A stretch of 63,758 bases of DNA, the filler included, from Licmophora abbreviata (taxonomy: Eukaryota), in NCBI GenBank assembly GCA_900291995.1. It is 13 parts of 13 records of this genome, joined end to end, with 100 filler letters (N's around TTAATTAATTAA, not from the genome) between each part and the next. Parts side by side here need not be neighbours in the genome. Positions count along the whole stretch, not along the records: positions 5,710 to 11,162 come from OLMU01000719.1; positions 11,263 to 12,608 come from OLMU01000720.1; positions 12,709 to 23,052 come from OLMU01000721.1; 10 more parts are not named here. One strand, 5' to 3'. Below the pieces are notes generated by a model. That model worked only from the letters and a program-made list of their open reading frames with translations. It was not told the origin of the DNA and did no database searches. Made by a program: the position numbers and the translations under genes. Shown piece by piece: positions 10,238 through 21,147 of the stretch (its first letter is position 1; every line of letters starts with the position of its first letter).

Positions 10238-13090
10238 CTATGAAAAGCACCCAAGGCCACAGCAGTCGCAGCAATCGCACAGCACAGTGGTATCGCAATC
10301 GGTTCCGAGAAAAGCTATCTGGCCAGAATTTCGGTCTCACATATCCCATCCGGTATAACTCCGACAAAGTCGTTCAGTTCAAGTTCCAGGATTGTCAGTG
10401 CATCCAAGTTGGCAAGTGCAACGGGGATATTTCCTGTCAAGAAGTTGTCGTAAAGTACTAGCTCTGCAAGATTCGAGAGCAGTCCCACAGTCGTGGGAAT
10501 GGGTCCCTCCAAAGAGCAACCAGAGGCATCAAAGATCTCCAGATTTTGAAGGTCTCCAATGAAATCAGGAATCGACCCCGCCAGACCCAGGTTGAAGTTC
10601 ACTTGAAGATCTACGATACTTGTCATTTTCTCAATGAAATTGAGATTTCCTGAAATGGCAGCTTCGTCAGCGTAGAAGTACATCAAGTTGGGACGATTTC
10701 CGACTTCGAGAGGTATTTCTGAAGCGTACTCATTTAGTGAGATATCCAGATACTTCAAGTTTGGCATGCTTGCAAAGATCGCTCCATCAATGGGCCCACT
10801 AAAGATGTTGAAGCCCAGAATAAGAACCTCTGCATGGATTGAGATTAGAAGCATGTCATGTTAGATTCATCTGGAGCGGGGAGCGACTATGCATCGTCTG
10901 TTACGACCGATTAAAAGTACATACCGATATTGACAAGATCGACCAGAGAGGGTGGAAGCCCACCCGCATATTCGACGTAATTGTTGAAGATATTAAAATA
11001 TTCTGATGTTAGAAAGGTTTGGAGACCAATTTGTTAGAATCAAAAGTTCGAAAGTTAGCATTCCTCAATACCAGGTACTTACTGAGGTTGACCATCTTCC
11101 CGATCCAGTCTGTTCCCTCTTCGTTGTAATTGTCGAATTTGTTCTCTTCCAGATCAAGGGCANNNNNNNNNNNNNNNNNNNNNNNNNNNNNNNNNNNNNN
11201 NNNNNNTTAATTAATTAANNNNNNNNNNNNNNNNNNNNNNNNNNNNNNNNNNNNNNNNNNNNGCCATCTCGTCTGGAATAGCGCCGTGTAAGTTATTTGC
11301 ATGAAGGTCAATCGACTCGATTCGGTTGGTTTCAGTATTGCACCCGATACCGAGCCATCCACACTTCCCGGCCCCGGTTGCATCAAGCCAGCTGCTAGAG
11401 TCAAACCAAGGGTCCGGAGCCTCAAACCAGTAGTTATCAACTCCATTTGTCGCATAGAAAAGGCAGACAAGGGCGTAGTAGTCGATGATATCTTCCTTGC
11501 TTGTTGAAGCCGGAAGGTTCTGCTCCGCCCATGCCAAGGCAAGAGCTGGATAAGACGCAGTATCACCAAAGTCAGTGTTCGGAAAATCCGAGGAGGCGTC
11601 TATGATGACGGCTCTGACATCGTTTGAAGGAGGAGACTGACTGGTCGGGACTTTGGTTGGTGGAGTCGTAGGTGCAGGTGTGGACGAAGCAGCTGGGGCC
11701 AAAGTTGGCGGTGAGTTTGGAACCTGTGCAGGCGCAGCCGTAGCCGACTGAGGTGTTGGACCCGGAGTTGGTGCGGGGGTAGCTGCTGGAGCCAGAGTTG
11801 ACTGAGAAACTGGCGAAAGAGTTGGCGGCACCGTGACTGGAGCCGTTGTTGGTGCAGTCGTCGGGGAATACGTGTTTTCAATGTAGCAGTAGTCCTTTCC
11901 AGCAACTCCCGTACCAGAGCTTCAAGCGGCGACAACAAATGGTGTGAGGAATGAGCATGGAGTATACCACAACAAAAGCACGCTTTCTTCCTTACCACCC
12001 TGGGACTGCTTCAGTATCGAATCGCTCTTTGCAGACGAGGTTTCCCTCGCAGTCGTCGTCAGTGTCGCAATCACCTGTCAACATTGAACGACAGAATCAA
12101 GAATTAGAACTGATATCTCGAGGAAGGGAATCTCGTCTAGTTTGACCTCAATACCGGTATTGGAGGAGACTTACCTTCACAAACCGTACATTGCGCCCAG
12201 GGGAAGCAATCCCCGACCATAAACAAGGCCCCTGCGTTGACATCGGAACCATCAGTTGGAAATGGAGTCGGGTTGGGAGTTGGACTAGGAGTCGGGTTGG
12301 GCGCTTGCCACACTGTCGGTGAGGGCGGAGGCGGAGGAGGCGGTGGGGGAGGCGGAGGCGGTGGGGTGGGGGTGGCTGATCAGAGCTACAGCCACTGCCA
12401 CTGCTTCCTGTCTTCCCCTTTTTCCCCTTCGAGCTGCCCTTCGAACTTCCCTTCGAACTGCTACTACCGCATCCATCAAAGTCGAAGGAATCACTGGTGC
12501 TACTGCTGCTGCTGCTGCTAATACTGCGCCTTCCCATGCTCTGCTTTCCACCTTTTCTTGTCTTATGACGAGCCTCCTTGGCTTGCTTTGCTCTCTCCAA
12601 GAACTGCTNNNNNNNNNNNNNNNNNNNNNNNNNNNNNNNNNNNNNNNNNNNNTTAATTAATTAANNNNNNNNNNNNNNNNNNNNNNNNNNNNNNNNNNNN
12701 NNNNNNNNCTTCTCCAGACGCGGAAGACTTGCCGCGGCCTGTTGCTTCCTGCTCAGCGTCGGGACCCCCACCTATTCCTCTATTGGCGGTCAATGCCCCG
12801 AGCACCTGGCCCAAGAGCGAAGTGCGATGACCCCACTTGGCACCCGCCAGTTCTGCTTGAACACCTTTACGGTCGCGTCCGCCACCACCGCCGTTCTTCT
12901 TTCGTTTTCCCCCATCTCCACCCCCATTCCTAATTCGGTCCAAGAGCGACTTCTTCTCCTTTTTCTTCTTCTTCTTGAGATCTCGAAATGTGTTACCACG
13001 GAGCCTATCTGATACCGCCGATGCATAGGTCAGTGTCAGTATCAGCACCAGCGCCAAGGACAGCGAAACGATCAAAGGCTTGCGGACCAT
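10238..13090 (-). CDS. Secreted modular cell-surface protein B (paralog of A): poly-Lys and K/G/S segment + ACR domain + P/T stalk + LRR domain; two gaps and probable indel errors
   Basis: Signal peptide, RDLKKKKKK, SSSSKGSSKGSSKGKKGK; CTVCEG|DCDTDDDCEGNLVC..VPG..DYC; YYALVCLFYATNG..CGWLGIGC LRR cap; LRRs; C-terminal cap TDCDTTVLCDCCDCC reached after a 1-nt frameshift near 10335. Confidence 0.8.
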
Positions 13091-13405
13091 GGTCGTGGTC
13101 GTGCCAGAGGCAAAAAATGAGCGTTTTTCGTGATAAATGTCTAACAGCGCTTGTGAAGATTAGGCCCAAATGGTCATTTTGATGTATTTGGGCCTTCTAT
13201 TCATTATACATTGGTATTCACACACTAATGAAAAGTAATAACACAGAATGACAGGAGGCTTATGGTGTCTCCCAATTTGTATTTATCAAGACTTTCCGAT
13301 AGGCTACTCGTAAATGACCGGCCACGGCATCGAGGCATTATTTCCTCGTGCTTTTGTGAACTCGGGGTTATCGTCTGCCGGTACTAGACCAGGTTAGGAT
13401 GGAGT

Positions 13406-14283
13406 CTACGGACACATGACACTCTCGCGTGTATCCGCGCCCGTCCGTGGATTCGTACCCTTGAGATCATCTCGCTCGCATAGCAATGGAATTGTCTTTA
13501 TCGGGAACTGGGCATCCGTAAAGTCAGCGTTTTCCAATGAGCCTGCGTCCAGTACACTAGCCGAAAAATACGCCCCTGAAGCCAACGCATCCTTTAGAAT
13601 AGCTCCGTCCATGCTGGTATCTTCGAGCGAAGCTCCTCTCAGATCTGCCCCCTCAAAGTTGGCATTCACTAGGTAAGCTTTGTAAAAACGGCAGCCCTGC
13701 AATATCGACTTTGAAAAGTCCGTACCCTTAGCAATAACCTGAAGTCCAAATTCCCGTAGCAAGAGAACGATGCATGATGCATGAGAAACAGACACCACGC
13801 TATATCCACACGTCAGATTATTGCTTACGCAAGGGACAATTAGATCCATACGTGCAGCCTTACCTGGGTAAAATCTTTCCCCTTGTAGTTGGAGTTCGAA
13901 TAGTTCTCTCCTGTGATATCGAGGTTTGCGAAGTCCAGACCACCGCCTGACACGGCCAAAACAGGCGGAGCCGCAATGAACATTGCTGCCGCCAAGAACA
14001 TTCCAGCGAGTGCATTGGAAGCGACAGAGTTTCTACCTTTCTTTTCGCTGTTCTCGGGACCCTTCAAACCCGAAAAATCCACCGCATCGGATCCATTGCT
14101 CCAGATGGGATCTCGCGATGCACCGCCACTGCTTCGAGGAACCCAATGTCGCCACAGAGCATTCCGTGCTACTGACAAGCGGGACGGGTGACGAGACGCC
14201 ACGAATCCACGAGCAACGGACACACACAATGCAGCAGCTAGAAGGCAACGAGCCAGCGGACGACAGGAACGAGACATCGTCAT
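13406..14283 (-). CDS. Pentapeptide-repeat protein, thylakoid-lumen type (exons 14283-13864, 13738-13406)
   Basis: ARG|F plastid presequence, hydrophobic lumen signal ending VLA|V, A(N/D)(F/L)xx repeats, C-terminal LC..GTNPRTGADTRESVMCP. Confidence 0.85.
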
Positions 14284-14520
14284 GGCGACGCTGAGGGATC
14301 TTGAGCGATGTTGTGTGATGCGTGTGATGTGTGGGGTTGATGACATCAGTTTCGAATGCGTCTGTAGACTTTGCGTGGCGCTCTACGTAAATTCAGTACC
14401 AACTACGTGTACCAGGTACCAAGGTAAATAAGAGAACCCCCGGAGGTGCGTGCATCGCGCGCCGACGAATCCAAATTTGAAACTTCAATTGACAGCCACA
14501 TACCAAAACCTGAGGCCACC

Positions 14521-16257
14521 ATGAGGACAGTATGGAGAGCGCTGTTGCTCGTCCTCACAGGGCACCTGTCGGCCTCTAGGTACTCATCTCTAGCCTTTGC
14601 AGATCATAGGGTACGAACAGGGTGGAATCAAGCCAGCTGGAATGACAAAAGAGCACCTCATTCACGCCCAACCATCGTTCTGCGCGGTGGATCCAATTTT
14701 GACCCTGAAAACTCCCCGCCCCTGCCCGAGCCGTTCCCCGCCGTCGACCTTCCACAGGAATGGGCGAATGGCCCCAAGAAAGCAATCATCTTCGTGGACA
14801 AGTTCTGTCCGTACTTTGGGTTCTACATGTCGAAAATGGCGAACGACATGTGGGGCGCTGCCTGCATCAACGTCTTCAGCGACTATATGAAGGGATATTT
14901 TCTCAAGGAGCACCCCGGACAAGTGGAACCTCTTGCCATGTGCAGGCCGGACAAAGATCATATAGAAGAATGGCTAACTAAACTGCCGCAAATTGATGAA
15001 ATTGTCGGCATCATTTGTGAGTCCGACTCGGGCCTGGCGGATGCCGAAAAGTTGGCGGAGCAGCTATTGGTGGTGAAAAATCACAACGGAGTCAATGAAG
15101 CGCGACGCAATAAGTATCTGATGAATAACGCCTGCTCAAGAGCTGGGCTTGCGACGGTTCGACAGAGGCTGTGCACAACTGTAGAGGAGGCGACAGAGTT
15201 TGCCAAGGAATTGGGTGTCACGTCGGAGGATGCCAACGATATGCCAAACGAGAGATCGTCATATCTCGACGAAGCAGTCAACGGTGAAAGAGATTCGCCG
15301 CTGGGTAGCGTGCCAGAGGATGAGATTTTCAGCAACAGAGGAGTCCTTGGTGGAGGACTTAACACTCCAAGCGCACCGAAAATTCCCTTGTGTGTGGTGA
15401 AGCCTGTACGCGGCGCCGCATCTGATTGCGTCTTCCTTTGCGGGGACCTTTCCTACGTGAAGCACGCTTTTGATGTTATCCACGGATCGTCAATCTTCGG
15501 CTCGCCGAGAGAGGAGCACGAGGCAGTTCTTGTGCAAGAGTTCGCCTCTGGTACCGAGTATGCTTTGGACATTGTTAGTCGGGATGGCGAGCACAAGGTT
15601 GCCGCTCTGTGGCGCTATGATAAGCGACCTGCCAACTTTGCGCCCTTTGTTTACCACGCAACAGAAATGATTGATGGCAACAACGAAGAAGCTCGCATCA
15701 TCTGTGACTATGCGAAGAATGCTCTCGATGCTTTGGATCTGAAGTGGGGAATGAGTCATACGGAAGTAATTGTCGATAAGGAGCATGGACCTCGGCTCGT
15801 GGAAGTCAACTGCCGACAGCACAACACTGACTTTGCTCCTCTAGCCATGGCATGCCTAGGCTACAATGCTCTGGACATGACGTTGTCCGCTTATCTTGGA
15901 GTGCAGAGTGGAGTTAGCTACGACTTTGGCGACGAGCGACAGAGGTTAGACTGGGACGGTCTGCCTGATTTGCCCGTGACCCGAGCATACGGTGCGATTG
16001 TTCACTTGGTGTCGTTCGTCCAAGGGAAACTTATTGCGATCAACGACGAAGCATTGCAGGAGATCTCACAGATGGAGAGCGTCCTAGAATTGGAGGTTTA
16101 TCCCACCTTTCTCAAGCTTGGATCGACAGTTGGACCGACAATCGATATGCGGACCGATGCTGGTTGGGTTCAGATCATCAACGACAACAGAGATGTTTTC
16201 ATGCGCGACTATGAAAGAATAGTTGAGCTCATGCCATCTCTGTTCATCGTGGAATGA
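14521..16257 (+). CDS. ATP-grasp domain protein (L-amino-acid-ligase-like) with N-terminal targeting sequence
   Basis: ARRNKYLM, CVVKPVRGAASDCV, LVQEFASGTEYALD, GMSHTEVIV..GPRLVEVNCR ATP-grasp motifs; hydrophobic N-terminus. Confidence 0.8.
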   Translation: MRTVWRALLLVLTGHLSASRYSSLAFADHRVRTGWNQASWNDKRAPHSRPTIVLRGGSNFDPENSPPLPEPFPAVDLPQEWANGPKKAIIFVDKFCPYFGFYMSKMANDMWGAACINVFSDYMKGYFLKEHPGQVEPLAMCRPDKDHIEEWLTKLPQIDEIVGIICESDSGLADAEKLAEQLLVVKNHNGVNEARRNKYLMNNACSRAGLATVRQRLCTTVEEATEFAKELGVTSEDANDMPNERSSYLDEAVNGERDSPLGSVPEDEIFSNRGVLGGGLNTPSAPKIPLCVVKPVRGAASDCVFLCGDLSYVKHAFDVIHGSSIFGSPREEHEAVLVQEFASGTEYALDIVSRDGEHKVAALWRYDKRPANFAPFVYHATEMIDGNNEEARIICDYAKNALDALDLKWGMSHTEVIVDKEHGPRLVEVNCRQHNTDFAPLAMACLGYNALDMTLSAYLGVQSGVSYDFGDERQRLDWDGLPDLPVTRAYGAIVHLVSFVQGKLIAINDEALQEISQMESVLELEVYPTFLKLGSTVGPTIDMRTDAGWVQIINDNRDVFMRDYERIVELMPSLFIVE

Positions 16258-16656
16258 ATCGCTAGAAAATCTTAGCAGCCGAGCTTGTGGTTCCCAGAGT
16301 CCGCGTATCGTATCGAAGGAGATCGCGAATAGTAGATACATCTGGAGATGTACAGGAGAGTCAGGCCGCCACCTCGAATGTGTACCCGGTACATGTACGT
16401 TTCACCGATCATCTCTGTGCTCCATTCTGGCACGCTATTCATCGTGCCAGAGCTTTCCCACCGAAGTTGTTGTCCATGATAAATCTGGCGCTGCCCATGG
16501 TAACAGGTTAATTTTTTCGCGTTGTAGCATGCTCCATTCATTCACACACAGATGCGAGCTCTTTTCGGCCATAAAAATGACTCGTGGGGCTCCCGCGATC
16601 CGCGAACTTCAACCGACACATCATCATCACCTCACACCACACACACCTTCACCGTG

Positions 16657-17836
16657 ATGATGACGATGCGGCGACGCAACGGATTCGCCCGCTATCTGCA
16701 ATGTCTTGTGGCGCTGTCCTGTCTGATGGGAAGAGCAGCCTGCTTTCGATTTCTGCCGTGCTCATTCCGGAGCTCTGATATTCCTTCCGGTCGAAAGGTA
16801 CAGGCTCCTCGACAGCGGAGGTCTCGATTGGCAGCGGTGGACCACGACGTGGCCGATGAGACTAAGATCGGCTCGATGACTAGTGACATCCATCCATCCT
16901 CCCCCTCAGACTCCAATGTCGCCAAACGTGGTATAGTGCTGGCGACGGGCTTAGCGTCCTTGGCGACTGTCTCGTCGGCCGCCAAGGTAGGCTTACTACA
17001 AGGTCTGCCCTTCGCCGACGGCAGTGGATTCGCTCCTTATACTGATGCCATGATTGCCCAAGATGCAGCTTGCACCGTGCTAACAGGTGTACTGGCGGCC
17101 ATCTATACCAAGGGTATTTCATTTCTTGCCTCGAGAGACATTTTGGATCCCACTGTCTCGCGTAAGCTTATTCACACGTTTGCGGCGCCTCTTTTCGTCT
17201 TCTTCTGGCCCATTTACACGGCGGCGCCTGGAGCTCGGTTCTTTGCTGCCACAGTCACGCTAGTCAACATGTTGCGACTCTTCCTAGCTGCACAAGGAGA
17301 CGTGGGAGAAGCAGAACTTGCGAAAGCGGTTTCAAGAAGTGGCGATCTCAAGGAAGTGCTGGGTGGGCCGTTTTTGTATGTCACCGTGATCACTGCTTCC
17401 ATTCTGGCCTTTTGGCGGAGTAACCTCATTGGTGTCATGGCGATTTCCATCATGGCTGCTGGAGATGGGGTGAGTTTTCAACTTTGGGAGCTCGCTTGCG
17501 TGACCCGGTAGCGAAACTCTAACTCGATACTGCTGTTTCTAGATGGCTGACTTGGTTGGGCGTCGCTTTGGTAAGAACAACAAGTGGTTCTTTTCGCAAG
17601 ACAAGTCAATTGTCGGGTCCTTGGCGTTCGTTATCTCAGGGTCGCTATGCGCAGTTGGACTAGCAGCTTGGCTGAGCTTTACCGGCTGCCTCGAGCTGCC
17701 GTTGCCTATTGCAACACTCGTTCCCCGAATCGCTCTCGTTAGCTTCATATGTGCGGTTGTGGAGCTCTTACCGGTAGGCGATGACAACTGGACTGTCCCT
17801 CTCAGCGCAGCTATTCTTTCCATGTTGTTCTTATGA
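16657..17836 (+). CDS. VTE5: Phytol/farnesol kinase family protein (exons 16657-17469, 17543-17836)
   Basis: SRKLIH, AVSRSGDLKEVLGGPFLY, MAAGDG|MADLVGRRFG, KSIVGSLAF, VELLP.GDDNWTVPL; AAC|F plastid presequence. Confidence 0.85.
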
Positions 17837-18002
17837 TATACGCTCGCTAAATAAGCTAAGAAATGGTTGCTTTTTATAATACATATTGACGATGCCAAGT
17901 GCTCGGGCCGAAACAACGTAGTGTAGTGTGACTTTTGGTGCGGGAGGACAGTGGAAGATTGCGCGCAGTATGGACTGCAGCAGAACACGTAGTATCTCTT
18001 TG

Positions 18003-18053
18003 CTCAGGATCAAGGCCTCCACCCGTATGGATGGTTCAGCCCTGTTCCGTCAT
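18003..18053 (-). promoter_or_regulatory. Eukaryotic SECIS element, type II
   Basis: Minus strand: AUGAC-GGAACAGGGCU-GAA-CCAUCC-AUAC-GGGUGG-A-GGCCUUGAUCC-UGAG. It has an AUGA/GA core, an 11-bp helix II with one mismatch, unpaired AA and an apical mini-stem, ~76 nt after the stop. Confidence 0.85.
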
Positions 18054-18129
18054 TCGCGAAACAATGTCTCGCATTAGAGATAGATCACGCGCCCTGGATG
18101 GCGCAATCGTCCAGTTTTACTGCCCTCCC

Positions 18130-18828
18130 TTAACCTCAGGTGCTAAGTTGAGGCAAGTCCGACAATGTCTTGGCTTGCCCCGGTCGCATTGCGCGTTTCC
18201 CCTTTCGTCCACCTCCAGCAGAACCAGACTTCTTCGCTTTCTCCTCCAACGCTGACCGGAGGTCTTGTGACGAATCTTCCTGCAGGTAGTTCAAATTGAA
18301 AAGCGAAGCAAAGTACGCCTTGGTCATGGCCATGAATGTCACAGGACTCAAGCATGCCCGAACAATGTACGGCACGTATCGCTTCACCAAGGATGGCTTT
18401 TTGTTCTTCTTGGCCTGCAGCTTGGCACTGACGGCTTGTTTGGTTGCAGTCGCCTGCTTTGCAGTCTGTTTGACGGTGGCCTTTACGGCCGACGTGGCCA
18501 GCTTCAGATCTTCCTCTTCTTCATCGTCGTATTCATCTTCCATCATTTCTTCTTCCTCATCATAATCTTCTTCTTCAAATTCGTCGTACTCTTCGTCATC
18601 CTCCAGATCAATCGTAGTGGCCCCGCCACGTCTTCCAAGAGCTTCTTGCAGCAGACATGATGTGCGCGGCGTCAGCGACGCTTGTCTCGGCAAAAAAGAA
18701 ATCTTTGTGCGGAACAGGCCTGACCTAGCTTCTACTGATAGAAGCAATAATAGCAAGAGCGGCAGCGCCGCTACAACGGCGGCAACACCCCTCATGGTCG
18801 CTGCTGTCAATTTTGTAATGGCACGCAT
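18130..18828 (-). CDS. Selenoprotein with penultimate Sec (SelK/SelS-like tail), signal peptide and acidic tract
   Basis: The ORF 'stop' TGA (18138-18136) is followed by GGT TAA, giving ...LPQLST-U-G*; G/K/R-rich tail after a hydrophobic segment; SECIS downstream; start at 18828 or 18795. Confidence 0.8.
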
Positions 18829-19058
18829 TGAGAGCCTTTCCGAAGACTGACGCGTGGAGGCAAAGTCTGTTGTGTGTCCGTCGAACGAGGTCGCGTTTAC
18901 GTAAAAACGCTCGGATCTGCACCTTAACTGTTAAACAATCATTGCAATCTGCAGAGCGGCGTTGCTGCTGTCTTTTTCGTCTCACAAAATCGCGACGTGA
19001 TCGCGTTGAAGCAGCGTTCGATCATCCAACAGATTGTCTCTAAGGTGACAGCCTTTTC

Positions 19059-19406
19059 ATGACGAACATTACTTCTCTGATCCGTTCTGGAAGATCAAGA
19101 GGCTTCTCATCGCGACTTGCTTCGCAGTACTTTCCGTCGCCTTATTCGCATCCCTGTGGTCGTGCTCAGCATAAATGGCGGCCACAAGAAGTAGGAACTA
19201 GCCGATGTCTTTCTTCGTCATCACAGACTGACAAAAGTAGTGGCGACAAGAAGCCATTCGACAGCAAAAAAGCGCTCGCATTATTCGCCGTGGGGCTTTA
19301 TCTGGGAACAACGCTGCTGTCCAGTAAAGACAAGCTACGAGAGGTGCGAACGAGCCTTGACGACATGATGGATCACTTCTATGGGAAAGGCCCAAAGCGA
19401 GAGTGA
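19059..19406 (+). CDS. Small single-TM protein, possibly mitochondrial
   Basis: R/S-rich presequence ending RCLSSS; TM ALALFAVGLYLGTTLL. Confidence 0.5.
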   Translation: MTNITSLIRSGRSRGFSSRLASQYFPSPYSHPCGRAQHKWRPQEVGTSRCLSSSSQTDKSSGDKKPFDSKKALALFAVGLYLGTTLLSSKDKLREVRTSLDDMMDHFYGKGPKRE

Positions 19407-20095
19407 ATTGAGACATGTTGTAAAAGAGATAAAAGCGGACATGCGAGGATAGGTTCGTCTTCGAGTCTTGTGATTCGGTGTTGCTCGAGTGCCCTGATCT
19501 GCCTGATGCTCGTGAAAGGGATCCGAAAGGTCTGGGGGGCCTAACGACAGCTGAAACACGAGGATTCCTGGCATGCTCCCAGGACGGCATAGTCACGCCT
19601 TCCTGTGGCAGAGGAAACAACGTCCCGATAACACATGGCTGGAAGGAAGTGCGAGCTTGAGGAGAGAAGTACTGCTCGTACGTTCCGATGTTGGAAGAAG
19701 GACGGGGCGGACTCGGCTGCGACACGATCAGACCTTGGCTTCTTCAAAGTATATGTAAGGCCCCATATTATCTAGCCCTAGCTGACTCGACTCACTATTA
19801 GCTTCTTAAAAAGGGTATGAGAGTCGATCGTCATTGATGCACCAAGCCAGTCCAAGTCCCGAGTTCAAGGCTTAGGAAGGTCGACGATGATTCCTAATCT
19901 CCGGGTTCTATTTTTCGAAATGAAGGTCTGGCCGGCGCCACCAAGCAAACTACATCGTATCATACCGGTAGAAGCCCCTACAAATTCTACGTGAAAGATC
20001 CATCTCGAAGCCGCCAGAAGCTCCCTTTGCTCTGTCATCACATCTTGCCGGTGCTTGTTGTTGTTTCCAGTCCTACATAGAAGTCTATTGTCATC

Positions 20096-20430
20096 ATGAG
20101 CAGTACGAAGGAAGCTACAGTCAAGAAGGAGGAAGAAAAGAAAAAGGAGGAGGCCATGGTGGAAGCGTGAGTCGAGTCGAATCCTTGCTTGTTCCTCGTC
20201 ATTGTCAGAATGCTCCTTGCGTCGTGTGCTCAACGCGTCATCTTCCTCCCTGTGCTCATAGAATCGAAGAGGACGATGAGTTTGAGGAGTTCACGCAGTC
20301 CAAGTGGGATGCGACGGACGAGGATGCAGAAGATGCGCAGCAGTGGACTGACAACTGGGACGACGACGACATTGAGGACGAATTCACTAAACATCTGCGG
20401 GCCGAGCTGAAAGCCAACAGTGCAAAGTAG
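20096..20430 (+). CDS. SEM1: 26S proteasome subunit SEM1/DSS1 (exons 20096-20166, 20262-20430)
   Basis: IEEDDEFEEF..W..WTDNWDDDDIEDEFTKHLRAEL; GT-AG intron in frame. Confidence 0.92.
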
Positions 20431-21147
20431 AGAGTGTAAATCGATGGAACGTGGCATTGGCACTGACATGATACTGCTACGCGATGGATTGGGTATAGTT
20501 TCGGGAATTCTTTGAGTCTGAAGACATCGAATGACACCTTGCTTTGTCCTTGCGACCAACACGCTGTTTCCTTCGGTGAAAGAAGGGGGCGTATTGGAAT
20601 GATCTAGTAGCCTACTGGTACCGGTAGCTAGGGATTGAACGAACCATCAATGATAAAAGTTGCTGCTGGACGTGCTAAAGCAGATCTACCGTTGCCTTTA
20701 ACGTGCTGGTGCTCCGAACTTCAAAGGTCATTTCTCCCCTCCTAGACAATGCTCAACTCTGCCAAAAATTGTCCGGTTGGCAGGTAACCTCCTTCGATTG
20801 ACGGGTCATGCATAGAGTTGCTACACGCGCTTGTCACTCCCCACTCCAGATCATCGCTGTGACAGGTGTGCCAGCCAAACTCGAAGAACAAAAATTCTTT
20901 CGTTGGGGGGGGGGGGTGGAGTGCAAATTGAAAATGATAATCGGCCTCCGGGTTTCTATTCCGACACTCTCAAGCGTTTCGTATCGTTTCCGGCGGTCTT
21001 TCCACGTAAATACCCGAATTTTGCATTTTATGGGGTTGCGAATAGAACGCTTAAGAGTGCAATCCGAACCCAAAGCGAAAACCAAGGTCACTTTTTGACT
21101 TCTTTCGCCTCACTTTATTCCCGAACGCTTCGTATCAATACTTCACC

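Noticed and set aside
13162..13195. 10-bp inverted repeat AGGCCCAAAT...ATTTGGGCCT upstream of gene B
   Set aside because: Isolated hairpin with no TSD or second copy; function unsupported
19198..19758. Overlapping ORFs downstream of the 19059 gene
   Set aside because: No motif or splice support
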